From assembly GCA_036264415.1 (NCBI GenBank), contig DATAQZ010000058.1, positions 5,793 through 69,792 on the forward strand: a stretch of 64,000 nucleotides of DNA, written 5' to 3'. This DNA is from Rhizomicrobium sp. GTDB taxonomy: Bacteria > Pseudomonadota > Alphaproteobacteria > Micropepsales > Micropepsaceae. The position numbers and the translations under genes are program-made. Shown here one piece after another: positions 46,280 to 54,239 of this stretch; the stretch's first letter is position 1, and every line of letters starts with the position of its first letter. The notes beneath the pieces were generated by a model, which saw only the letters and a program-made list of their open reading frames with translations, was not told the origin of the DNA and made no database searches.

Positions 46280-46364
46280 AATTGGGGACAGGAAACCATT
46301 TCCGTTCCGCCCGCCCTGCAAGCGCAGAGTGTTAGAAAGTGGAAATGGTATCCTGTCACCAATT
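46280..46364 (+). mobile_element. MITE-like palindromic element, copy B (best preserved)
   Basis: AATTGGGGACAGGAAACCATTTCC...GGAAATGGTATCCTGTCACCAATT. The 20-nt arms pair with 2 mismatches. Confidence 0.8.
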
Positions 46365-46480
46365 ACGACGCTGTTGGCGTCTTGGCGGTTACATTGGCGT
46401 CCGCGTCTCCGCGCGAGCACCTTGACCACAACGGCAACCTCCGCGAGCCCTCTCGCGTCCACTGCGTTCAGGCTTTTGCC

Positions 46481-47311
46481 TCACCATCCCAACCGCTTGG
46501 CGATCATGCGGTCCACTATACGCTTGGGAAGCGTGGTCATGAGAAAATTCTGGAACGGATCGGGCGTTACCGTGTAGCGCGTGCGCGGATTTGGCGTCGT
46601 GAGCGCATGCCACACCGCGCGGCCAAGCACTTCCGGTTTCAGCCCCTTGCGGCCATTGACGAGCATGTAATCGCGCACGCCATGAAGCGATTTCGCATAA
46701 GGCGTGTTGTCGTAGCGCGAGATATCGATCTCTTCCGCCTTGTCCCAGATCGGCGTGGCGACGGCGCCAGGCGCGACAATGATGACGTCGATCCCGAGCA
46801 GCATCAGCTCGCGGCGAAGACTCTCAGAAAGCCCTTCGATGGCAAATTTCGACGCGTTGTACGGCCCCATGAACGGCGACGCGCTGCGTCCTCCGACCGA
46901 GGAAATCATCACGATGCGTCCCCCCTTGCCGTCCCGTTTCGCAAGCAGCGGTGCGAAGGCTTGTGTGACGAGCACCTGGCCGACAACGTTGACTTCGAGT
47001 TGGCGCCGCACCTCGTCGGGATCGATGTACAGGAGTGGACCCGCCACGGCGATGCCCGCGTTGTTGACGAGCCCGTCGAGCGTTTCACCGCCGAGTTCCC
47101 GCTGCACCTGGTCCGCCGCGGCCCTGACCGCGGTCGAATCCGTTACGTCGAAAAGCAGCGGTGTGAAGTTCGCGCCGAATTCGCGCGACAGTCTTTCGCC
47201 GTCCGCCGGTTTGCGCACGCTGCCGAAAACGCGAAAGCCTTTGTCGATCAGAACGCGCGCGCAGCCCCAGCCGATTCCGGTGGATGCTCCGGTCACCACC
47301 ACATTTTTCAT
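46481..47311 (-). CDS. SDR family oxidoreductase
   Basis: VVTGASTGIG cofactor motif, NNAG, and the catalytic YNASK. Confidence 0.85.
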   Translation of the reverse strand: MKNVVVTGASTGIGWGCARVLIDKGFRVFGSVRKPADGERLSREFGANFTPLLFDVTDSTAVRAAADQVQRELGGETLDGLVNNAGIAVAGPLLYIDPDEVRRQLEVNVVGQVLVTQAFAPLLAKRDGKGGRIVMISSVGGRSASPFMGPYNASKFAIEGLSESLRRELMLLGIDVIIVAPGAVATPIWDKAEEIDISRYDNTPYAKSLHGVRDYMLVNGRKGLKPEVLGRAVWHALTTPNPRTRYTVTPDPFQNFLMTTLPKRIVDRMIAKRLGW

Positions 47312-47341
47312 GCCCCGCTCCTTTCTCTGTTACCCTCGCGC

Positions 47342-47430
47342 TTCGATCAGCCTTCGCTGACGTTGGGCGGACACGATTGAGCGTACTGACCCGGCGAAGC
47401 TTTAGCGTGCCGGGCAAGCTCAGCATGAGG
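47342..47430 (+). repeat. LPE copy 3 (left arm degenerate)
   Basis: ...GGCGGACACGATTGAGCGTACTGACCCGGCGAAGCTTTAGCGTGCCGGGCAAGCTCAGCATGAGG. Nearly identical to copy 5 over the right half. Confidence 0.75.
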
Positions 47431-47502
47431 TAATAACTTCAGCATGAGGCAATAACTCACGCCTCACCCTGAGCCTGGTCCCCAGTTAAACCGGGGGGAA
47501 GG

Positions 47503-48318
47503 GTGCGGCGCAAACCCGATAGCCCGGTGGACGATCTCGACGACGCAACCCTCGCTTTTGCCCACCGCCTGGCCGACGCGGCAGGCGCGGTGATCCGGCC
47601 GTATTTCCGCCAGCGCCTGGCAATCGTTGACAAGGGCAAAGGCGCATTCGATCCCGTTACGGCAGCGGATCGTGACGCAGAGGCGGCGATGCGGGCGCTG
47701 ATCCGCGGTGAACGCCCGCAAGACGGCATTCTCGGCGAGGAGCACGGGCTGGAGGAGGGCACGAGCGACTTTCGCTGGGTCCTCGATCCGATCGACGGCA
47801 CACGCGCCTTCATCACCGGCCGTCCGACATGGGGAACGCTGATCGCGCTGGAGAATAATGGAAGGCCAATTCTTGGAATCATCGACCAGCCGTTCCTGCG
47901 CGAGCGCTTCGTCGGCTGCCGCAGGCGTACGGAATTCCATTCGCCTCTCGGCACGACGCGGCTTGAATGCCGCTCCTGCGCGTCCGTCGCGGACGCCGTG
48001 GTTTCCACCACGCACCCGTGGTCCTATTTCACGCCGGCGGAACGGCGCGGCTTCGAAGCCGTGTGCGCGCGGGCCCGCATGAGCTCGTTCGGCGGGGATT
48101 GCTATGCCTACGCGCTGCTCGCGATGGGCCATCTCGACGTGATCATCGAAGCGACGCTCTCGCCCTGGGATGTAGCGGCGCTGGTGCCGATCGTCGAAAA
48201 TGCCGGCGGCGTTCTCACAGACTGGGGCGGCGCGCCGACGCCCGAAAAGGGTCGCATTGTTGCTGCGGGCGATCCGCGCGTGTACGCGGAGGTGCTGGAG
48301 ATTCTCACGCAGTACTAG
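47503..48318 (+). CDS. inositol monophosphatase family protein (possibly HisN-type histidinol-phosphatase)
   Basis: IMPase motifs WVLDPIDGTRAFI and SPWDVAALVPIVENAGG are present. GTG start. Confidence 0.78.
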   Translation: MRRKPDSPVDDLDDATLAFAHRLADAAGAVIRPYFRQRLAIVDKGKGAFDPVTAADRDAEAAMRALIRGERPQDGILGEEHGLEEGTSDFRWVLDPIDGTRAFITGRPTWGTLIALENNGRPILGIIDQPFLRERFVGCRRRTEFHSPLGTTRLECRSCASVADAVVSTTHPWSYFTPAERRGFEAVCARARMSSFGGDCYAYALLAMGHLDVIIEATLSPWDVAALVPIVENAGGVLTDWGGAPTPEKGRIVAAGDPRVYAEVLEILTQY

Positions 48319-48350
48319 AGGATTGTCCGTCCGAATCGGATTACGCATGC

Positions 48351-48477
48351 GCCCGTCATCCTTCGACAAGCTCAGGATGAGGGCAAAGGCAAAAGCCTCA
48401 CCTGAGCCGGCCCGTCTACGCTAAAGCTTCGCCGGGTCAGTACGCTGACCGCCGAAGCCTCGGCGAAGGCGGAAGGG
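48351..48477 (-). repeat. short hairpin unit plus LPE copy 4 (inverted orientation)
   Basis: CCCGTCATCCTTCGACAAGCTCAGGATGAGGGC, then the reverse complement of the LPE consensus (CCTCACCTGAGCCGGCCCGTCTACGCTAAAGCTTCGCCGGGTCAGTACGCTGACCGCCGAAGCCTCGGCGAAGGCGG). Confidence 0.8.
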
Positions 48478-48496
48478 CGAGACTGAATCGATGCCG

Positions 48497-48739
48497 TTAC
48501 GGCTGCTTGGGCGGAGGCGTTTTGGCCGCCTGCTCCGCCGCTTTCTGCTCTTTCGCTTTGTGGGCCAGGTGATGACCGATCGCACAGCCGGCGATGGCGC
48601 CCAAAATCGCATGATGGTGCGCAACGTGGCCGGCGACCGCGCCCACCGCCGCGCCTTTCAGACAGCCCGCAGCACTCGCCGGCACAGCCGAACCCGCCAC
48701 GGCGAGGGCGGTCGCAAGAGAAATGACGATGCGTCTCAT
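48497..48739 (-). CDS. small secreted Gly/Ala/His-rich (glycine-zipper-like) protein
   Basis: 80 aa: signal peptide MRRIVISLATALAVAGSAVPASA, then GCLKGAAVGAVAGHVAHHHAILGAIAGCAIGHHLAH. GGAGG lies upstream of the ATG. Confidence 0.55.
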   Translation of the reverse strand: MRRIVISLATALAVAGSAVPASAAGCLKGAAVGAVAGHVAHHHAILGAIAGCAIGHHLAHKAKEQKAAEQAAKTPPPKQP

Positions 48740-48804
48740 TGGTGTCCTCCGGGTGAATTTCACAAAACGTGGGGTGTTCACGGCGCGCATCAAGTGATCG
48801 GCCC

Positions 48805-48830
48805 GGAACTTCGCGGCCGTGCACCGGGTT
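48805..48830 (+). promoter_or_regulatory. weak EcfG-like promoter candidate (GGAAC-N17-GGTT)
   Basis: GGAACTTCGCGGCCGTGCACCGGGTT ends 31 nt upstream of ATG 48861. The -10 element deviates from CGTT. Confidence 0.25.
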
Positions 48831-48860
48831 TTTTGAGGGGGCCAATATGAGGAGCCCGTC

Positions 48861-49439
48861 ATGCTGCATCTCCACCTCACGACGCCGGAAATCATTGGAA
48901 TCGCTGCGGTTATCATTATCGCCATTGCCGTCGTGGCGTTCCTCGCATTCCAGCACAAAAGGGCGCGAACGGCGGCGCTGCGGCGCAAATTTGGCCCCGA
49001 ATACGATTGGGCGATGAAAAAGCATGGCGCGCGGGGCGAGGCGGTTCTCCTGGCCCGCCAGAAACGCGTCGAGCAGATCCGCCTGCGCGACCTCGATCCC
49101 GGGGAACGCGCCCGTTTCGTCGAGCGCTGGAAAACACTGCAGGCCGGTTTCGTTGATTCGCCCAAAAATGCACTGAGCGAGGCGGAGTCGGTGGTCGCTT
49201 CGCTTCTCGACGAACGCGGTTACCCGTCAGGCGATTTCGACCAGCGTGCCGGCGACATTTCGCTCATGCATCCCCGCGTCACCGACAATTACCGCGCGGC
49301 CCATGCGGTTTATCTGCGTCTGAAAAAAGGCGAGGCGGTGAACACCGAAGATCTGCGCGCCGCGATGGTCCATTATCGCTCCTTGTTCGATGAACTCATC
49401 GAGGCCCATGCGAGCGAACTCCGCCAGGCCGCGGAGTAG
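48861..49439 (+). CDS. hypothetical membrane-anchored protein
   Basis: 192 aa with an N-terminal TM helix (IIGIAAVIIIAIAVVAFLAF) followed by a soluble helical domain. GAGGAG SD. No family recognised. Confidence 0.6.
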   Translation: MLHLHLTTPEIIGIAAVIIIAIAVVAFLAFQHKRARTAALRRKFGPEYDWAMKKHGARGEAVLLARQKRVEQIRLRDLDPGERARFVERWKTLQAGFVDSPKNALSEAESVVASLLDERGYPSGDFDQRAGDISLMHPRVTDNYRAAHAVYLRLKKGEAVNTEDLRAAMVHYRSLFDELIEAHASELRQAAE

Positions 49440-49492
49440 GCGGCGCCAAACCCCTTTCAGTGTCATCCCCCGCGCAAGCGGGGGAAATTGGA

Positions 49493-49570
49493 AATTGGGG
49501 ACAGGATATCGTGTCCCGATTAAACCGCATCTGCGTTCCCGGGCCGGGACACGGTTTCCTGTCCCCAATT
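49493..49570 (-). mobile_element. MITE-like palindromic element, copy C (inverted)
   Basis: AATTGGGGACAGGATATCGTGTCCCG...CGGGACACGGTTTCCTGTCCCCAATT. It has the same termini as copy B but a different inner stem, which is nevertheless complementary. Confidence 0.8.
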
Positions 49571-49643
49571 TCCGCTGCGCATCCGGGAATGATACTTATA
49601 GGCAATTGATCTAGAGATAAGAAGTTATGAGGGGGAATGCGGC

Positions 49644-50516
49644 ATGCATCGGGCGATTCATAACTGCACGGCAGTGATCGCGCTGGCGGTCACCACCGCC
49701 GCGGCGCCATCGATGAACGATATCCTCGCGCACGCGCCGAAGCAGGACTGGCGCACCATCGATCCGGCGAACACCCTTGTGATGGCACTGCCGCGGGGGC
49801 GTGTCACCATCGAACTTGCGCCGCTCTTCGCGCCCAACACCATCGCCAACATCAAGACGCTCGTGCGCGCACACTACTTCGAGGGTAGCGCGATCGTACG
49901 GGCCCAGGACAATTATGTCGTACAGTGGTCGCGTATGGATTCGCATCCGCTCGGTGCCGCCAAGAAAACCATCGCGGCAGAATTCGACCGCTCCGCGGCC
50001 GGCGTTCCGTTCACGGCGATTTCCGATCTCGACACCTATGCGCGCGAAACCGGATTCTCGAGCGGCTTCCCGGCGGCGCGCGAATCGGCGAACGGGCGCA
50101 TCTGGCTCGCGCATTGCTATGGCATGGTAGGGGTCGGCCGCGACGTCCCGGCCGATTCCGGCAACGGCAGCGAGCTTTATGCCGTGATCGGACAGTCGCC
50201 GCGCAATCTCGACCGGAATGTGACGCTGGTCGGCCGCGTCATCGAGGGCATCGAGCTGCTCTCGGCCATCCCGCGCGGAACTGGCCCACTCGGCTTCTAT
50301 GAAAAACCCGGGCAGCGCATTCCGATTGCCTGGATTCGCCTCGGGAGCGAACTTCCGTCAGCCGAGCGCCCGAAATTCGAGGCGCTGAAAACCGACAGCC
50401 CCGCCTTTTCCCGCGTGCTCGAGGAGCGCCGCACGCGTCCCGATCCGTGGTACAAACATTCGCCGGGCCGAATCAGCGTGTGCAACATGCCGCTCCCGGT
50501 GCGGCGCACACCGTGA
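49644..50516 (+). CDS. secreted cyclophilin-like peptidyl-prolyl isomerase
   Basis: Signal peptide, plus a divergent cyclophilin-type block (NGSELYAVIGQSPRNLDRNVTLVGRVIEGIELLSAI). Confidence 0.55.
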   Translation: MHRAIHNCTAVIALAVTTAAAPSMNDILAHAPKQDWRTIDPANTLVMALPRGRVTIELAPLFAPNTIANIKTLVRAHYFEGSAIVRAQDNYVVQWSRMDSHPLGAAKKTIAAEFDRSAAGVPFTAISDLDTYARETGFSSGFPAARESANGRIWLAHCYGMVGVGRDVPADSGNGSELYAVIGQSPRNLDRNVTLVGRVIEGIELLSAIPRGTGPLGFYEKPGQRIPIAWIRLGSELPSAERPKFEALKTDSPAFSRVLEERRTRPDPWYKHSPGRISVCNMPLPVRRTP

Positions 50517-50582
50517 TTCATTCAATAAAGCGGCGCCCCAATTCGTGACGGCCGAGTTTGTCGTGCAGTTCGTGTTTGTGGA

Positions 50583-51818
50583 CTACTCTGCAACCTTGAA
50601 AACGGTACCAAAACCGTGTGCGCCGCCGGATGAAGCCGTGCCGAACAGGTTGGTTCTCTTTGCAATCAGTCCGGAAACCGGCGAACTGCCGTCATTGCCG
50701 CCAGTGAATGCGTGCAATATGGTCTCGCTGCCATCCGTGGCGATCTTGAAAACCGTGCCGCCGCCGGTTCCGCCGCCGAGCTTCGTCATCCCATAGAGGT
50801 TGCCGGTTCCGTCTCGGACGAGGCTGGCCAAGGGCCACTGACCGTCGCTGCCGCCCGTGAATTGGTACAATATCGTCTCCTTGCCTTTCGGAGTGACCTC
50901 GAAGACGGTGCCGCAGCCCGATCCTCCGCACCCCGTTCCGCTGCCGTACTCTGTCGTGCCGTAAAGATTGCCGTTCCCATCTCTGACGAGGCCGCCGGAG
51001 GGATATTCACCGTCCGGGCCTAGGGAGCCGAAGGAATAAAGAACGGTGTAGGTGCCGTCGGGTGCCAGCTTGAAGGTTGTACCGACGCCGGCTGCGCCGC
51101 ACGCCCGCGTCGAGCCGTAGAAATTGCCCGCCTTGTCGGCAATCAGACCGCCCAGCGGTACGCAGCCGTCGCCGCCGAAGAAATTATGGAGAAGCGTTTC
51201 CGTGCTGTCGGGGGCGATCTTGAAGATCACACCTCCCTCATCGCCACCAGCAGACGTCATGCCGTAGAGATTGCCCGACGCGTCCCTGATCAAGCCGGCC
51301 ACGGGGTTGGCGCCATCGCCGCTCCCGCTGGCGAAGGAATGAAGAACGGTTTCGGTGCCGGTCGCCCAGGCGAGCTTGAACACCGTGCCAAAACCATAGG
51401 CACCGCCCGCATATGTGGTGCCGTAGAGATTGCCCGCAGAATCCATGATCAGAGGCGCTTCGGGATTTTTGCCCTCGCTGCCGCCGTCGAAAGGGAATAC
51501 CGTCTGCGTTCCGTCCGGCGCGAGCTGATAGACCACGCCGCTGCCATTGCCACCACCACCCCCGCCGCCGGCCATCGTGGTGCCGTAGAGATTGCCCGCC
51601 TTGTCCTTGATCACACCCGCGTAAGGGTTCGCTCCATCGGCGCCGCCCAGAAACGCATGAAGCACGGCGAACTTGCCCGGCGGCTCGGCATTCCACGAAA
51701 CGGCAGGCGTGGTCGCGGTGCCATGGCCGCCAGCCGCTGCCGAAACACCCATGACAGCGCTAATCGCCGCGATGAGCAAGAGCCCTGATCTGAATCTCCG
51801 AAGGATGCTGTGTTTCAT
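50583..51818 (-). CDS. secreted tandem-repeat protein (GloVer-type beta-propeller-like repeats)
   Basis: Signal peptide, then about 8 repeats of approximately 45 aa with the core G.L(I/V).D..GNLYGTT..GG..G.GTVFK(L/I). Start taken at MKHSIL. Confidence 0.7.
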   Translation of the reverse strand: MKHSILRRFRSGLLLIAAISAVMGVSAAAGGHGTATTPAVSWNAEPPGKFAVLHAFLGGADGANPYAGVIKDKAGNLYGTTMAGGGGGGGNGSGVVYQLAPDGTQTVFPFDGGSEGKNPEAPLIMDSAGNLYGTTYAGGAYGFGTVFKLAWATGTETVLHSFASGSGDGANPVAGLIRDASGNLYGMTSAGGDEGGVIFKIAPDSTETLLHNFFGGDGCVPLGGLIADKAGNFYGSTRACGAAGVGTTFKLAPDGTYTVLYSFGSLGPDGEYPSGGLVRDGNGNLYGTTEYGSGTGCGGSGCGTVFEVTPKGKETILYQFTGGSDGQWPLASLVRDGTGNLYGMTKLGGGTGGGTVFKIATDGSETILHAFTGGNDGSSPVSGLIAKRTNLFGTASSGGAHGFGTVFKVAE

Positions 51819-51928
51819 ATCACTTCCCCTCAATAGTCACAGTCGTGAAAGGCAATATCTTCCTTTGCGGGAGAACAATGAAAGTCGAGTCGTATTTCAT
51901 GAAATCCGGCAAAGGAGGAAAAATGTAC

Positions 51929-52005
51929 TGGCGCACCCGACAGGATTCGAACCTGTGACCTCTGCCTTCGGAGGGCAGCACTCTATCCAGCTGAGCTACG
52001 GGTGC
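51929..52005 (-). tRNA. tRNA-Arg (anticodon CCG)
   Basis: The reverse complement GCACCCGTAGCTCAGCTGGATAGAGTGCTGCCCTCCGAAGGCAGAGGTCACAGGTTCGAATCCTGTCGGGTGCGCCA folds as a cloverleaf. The anticodon loop is CUCCGAA and the CCA end is encoded. Confidence 0.92.
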
Positions 52006-52060
52006 GATCCCCGAGGCCTCTGCTATAGCCCGCAACGTCCTCTGCGGCAATTGATGGGTC

Positions 52061-52172
52061 GTCCCTTCGACAAGCTCACCCTTCGATCCGCCTTCGCCGA
52101 GGCTTCGGCGGACACGATTCAGCGTACTGACCCGGCGAAGCTTTAGCGTAGACGGGCAAGCTCAGGGTGAGG
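52061..52172 (+). repeat. short hairpin unit plus LPE copy 5
   Basis: GTCCCTTCGACAAGCTCACCCTTCGATCCGCCTTCGCCGAGGCTTCGGCGGACACGATTCAGCGTACTGACCCGGCGAAGCTTTAGCGTAGACGGGCAAGCTCAGGGTGAGG. Confidence 0.8.
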
Positions 52173-52185
52173 ACTCTCTGTTCGA

Positions 52186-52923
52186 CTATCCTGCCAAACG
52201 CACCACGACATAGAGCAGCCCCGCGCCCAGGAGCGTCATCAGCGTGGTCAGGAACTTCGGATGCTCATGGACGCTTTCGGGCAGGAGGTCGCTCGCGCCG
52301 ATATAGAGAAAGAATCCTGCGAAGAGCGCGAGCATCGCCGACATGGTCGCCGCGGGAAGCGCGACCAGCAGGCTGAGCAGCGCGCCGATCACCGGCGCAA
52401 TCGCATCGACGATGAGCCATCGGTAGGCTTCGCGTTTCGCGCCGCCGTGGCGAAGCACGACGCTGACCGTGTTCATGCCGTCGGAACAGTCATGCGCGAG
52501 CACGGCAGCGGCAACGACGATGCCGACGGCGGGCGAAGCGCGAAAGGCGACGCCGATTGCGAAGCCGTCTGTGAGGCTATGCAGCGACAGGCTTCCAGCG
52601 CCCGACCATTGCCGGCCAACCGCCGCGTGGTGCACGCGCCCGTCGTGATCGTGGTGGGCGTGGAGCAGGATCAGCCGGTCGAGGATCGTATAGGCAAAGA
52701 ACCCGAGCGCCGCGATCGCAATTCCGTTCGCCGGATCGGCACCGGGGCCAGCAACGCGCAGCGCCTCCGGCAAAAGATCGAAAAACGCCGCGGCGAGAAC
52801 GGCGCCAGCGCTGAAGCCAAGGATGAGATGCAGCCGGTCGCGTAGCCTGAGCGCCAGCGCGCCGCCGGCAAGCGTCGCGAAGCAGGCCGAAAAGGCCAGA
52901 ACAAGGATCAAGGTCGCCGGCAA
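52186..52923 (-). CDS. ZIP family metal (zinc/iron) transporter
   Basis: 245 aa, polytopic, with a His-rich loop HAHHDHDGRVHH and the ZIP signature HSLTDGFAIG. Confidence 0.82.
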   Translation of the reverse strand: MPATLILVLAFSACFATLAGGALALRLRDRLHLILGFSAGAVLAAAFFDLLPEALRVAGPGADPANGIAIAALGFFAYTILDRLILLHAHHDHDGRVHHAAVGRQWSGAGSLSLHSLTDGFAIGVAFRASPAVGIVVAAAVLAHDCSDGMNTVSVVLRHGGAKREAYRWLIVDAIAPVIGALLSLLVALPAATMSAMLALFAGFFLYIGASDLLPESVHEHPKFLTTLMTLLGAGLLYVVVRLAG

Positions 52924-52960
52924 TGCACTGCCCCTTCCGTCCGGACACTTCTCAATAGCG

Positions 52961-52974
52961 TGACGCTCGCGTCA
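52961..52974. promoter_or_regulatory. perfect palindrome TGACGC-TC-GCGTCA upstream of diiron paralog 1
   Basis: Centred about 75 nt upstream of ATG 53043 and followed after 5 nt by CTTGCC. An identical half-site palindrome occurs upstream of paralog 2. Confidence 0.6.
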
Positions 52975-53042
52975 ACTTCCTTGCCGCCGTGCGCGGAGGG
53001 GCCTAGGATTTGCGCCTGCAGATCATGCTGCGAGGACGGCCG

Positions 53043-54158
53043 ATGGACAACATCACCAAGGATCCCACCTACAACGCCGTCGACGCACATGACTTCCCGG
53101 CCATGCTCGATGTCCACCGCTACGGCCAACGCAGCAATGCCTTCGACAAGATCATCTCTGCGACTCACGAGCATTTCTGGGATCCGCTCGACCGCAAGTA
53201 CATCGATTTTTCGCAAACCTTCGACACGGAAAACGAGTATCTCGTCAATCCGTCGGCAAACACCGACTTGAAGACGGCGATCGGCGACAGGCTCGACGAG
53301 AAGCAGAAGATCACGCTCGTCAATCTCGATGTGCGGTGGTCGTTTTCATCGATCCTCCACGGCGAGCAGGGGGCGCTTTCGCTTTCGGCTTCGCTCTGCC
53401 ACATCCTGCGCGATCCCGGTGCGCAGGAATATGCCGCCAATCAGACGCGCGAAGAGGCCCGCCACGTCACCGCGTTCACACGGTACATCCAGGCGCGCTG
53501 GGGGAAGCCGGTAGCCGTCGGCCCGTCGCTCGGCGGCCTGCTCGAAGAGCTCGTCGCTTCGCCCCTCGTTTGGAAGAAGCTCGTCGGCATGCAGATGCTG
53601 GTCGAGGGCCTCGCGATGGGCGCCTTCGCCATGTTCTTCAAGGAAGCGCGCGATCCCCTGATGCGGCAGGTGTGCCAGCTCGTCATGACCGACGAGGCGT
53701 TCCATCACAAATTCGGAAAGATCTGGGCCGAGCGCACCATTCCGTACATCTCGCAGGCCGAGCACGAGATCATCGAGGACTGGGCGGCGCAGGTGTTCCA
53801 GATCCTGCTCTTCAATCTCGGCAGCCCGGACCAGAAGCCGTGGATGTACGAGGCGGTGGGCCTCGATCCCGCCTGGTGCCAGGCCGCTTTCATGGAAGGG
53901 CTGACCGACGCGCTGATCCGGGAAGAGCTGAAGGACGCTGCCAATCTTTTCCGGGTGCTGATCAAGACGCTCCTCAAGGCGGGCATCATCACCGACCGTA
54001 CGCGGGGGATTTACGCGGCCTATGTCGATATGGCCGAGCTGTACACCGAAGGCGATCGCATGGTTGGAGACGAAATCGCCGAGGAAGGAATCAAATACCT
54101 GCTCCAGCTCAACGCCAAGAGCCGCGGCGTCACGCCCGCCTCCCTCGCGGCGGAATAA
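53043..54158 (+). CDS. ferritin-like diiron-carboxylate protein, uncharacterised (paralog 1)
   Basis: 371 aa with ligand pattern HGEQGAL (E), REEARH (ExxH), LVEGLAMG (E) and TDEAFHH (ExxH), spaced about 30 residues apart. Possibly AurF/R2-like. Confidence 0.7.
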   Translation: MDNITKDPTYNAVDAHDFPAMLDVHRYGQRSNAFDKIISATHEHFWDPLDRKYIDFSQTFDTENEYLVNPSANTDLKTAIGDRLDEKQKITLVNLDVRWSFSSILHGEQGALSLSASLCHILRDPGAQEYAANQTREEARHVTAFTRYIQARWGKPVAVGPSLGGLLEELVASPLVWKKLVGMQMLVEGLAMGAFAMFFKEARDPLMRQVCQLVMTDEAFHHKFGKIWAERTIPYISQAEHEIIEDWAAQVFQILLFNLGSPDQKPWMYEAVGLDPAWCQAAFMEGLTDALIREELKDAANLFRVLIKTLLKAGIITDRTRGIYAAYVDMAELYTEGDRMVGDEIAEEGIKYLLQLNAKSRGVTPASLAAE

Positions 54159-54167
54159 TTGGCGAAG

Positions 54168-54228
54168 CCTCAGAGTGAGCTTGTTCGAAGGATGAGACGC
54201 CTCACATTTCGATAGGCTCAGGGTGAGG
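54168..54228. repeat. two short hairpin repeat units
   Basis: CCTCAGAGTGAGCTTGTTCGAAGGATGAGACG and CCTCACATTTCGATAGGCTCAGGGTGAGG. Confidence 0.75.
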
Positions 54229-54239
54229 AGAAATAGAGG

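Noticed and set aside
50517-51928. A genomic island integrated at tRNA-Arg and carrying the repeat protein.
   Set aside because: There is no integrase, no direct repeat of the tRNA 3' end, and only a single gene. It is kept only as a caveat within the repeat-protein finding.
52924-53042. A possible Zur box upstream of the ZIP transporter.
   Set aside because: There is no AT-rich Zur-type palindrome. The only symmetric element is the TGACGC-N2-GCGTCA site, which is reported separately.
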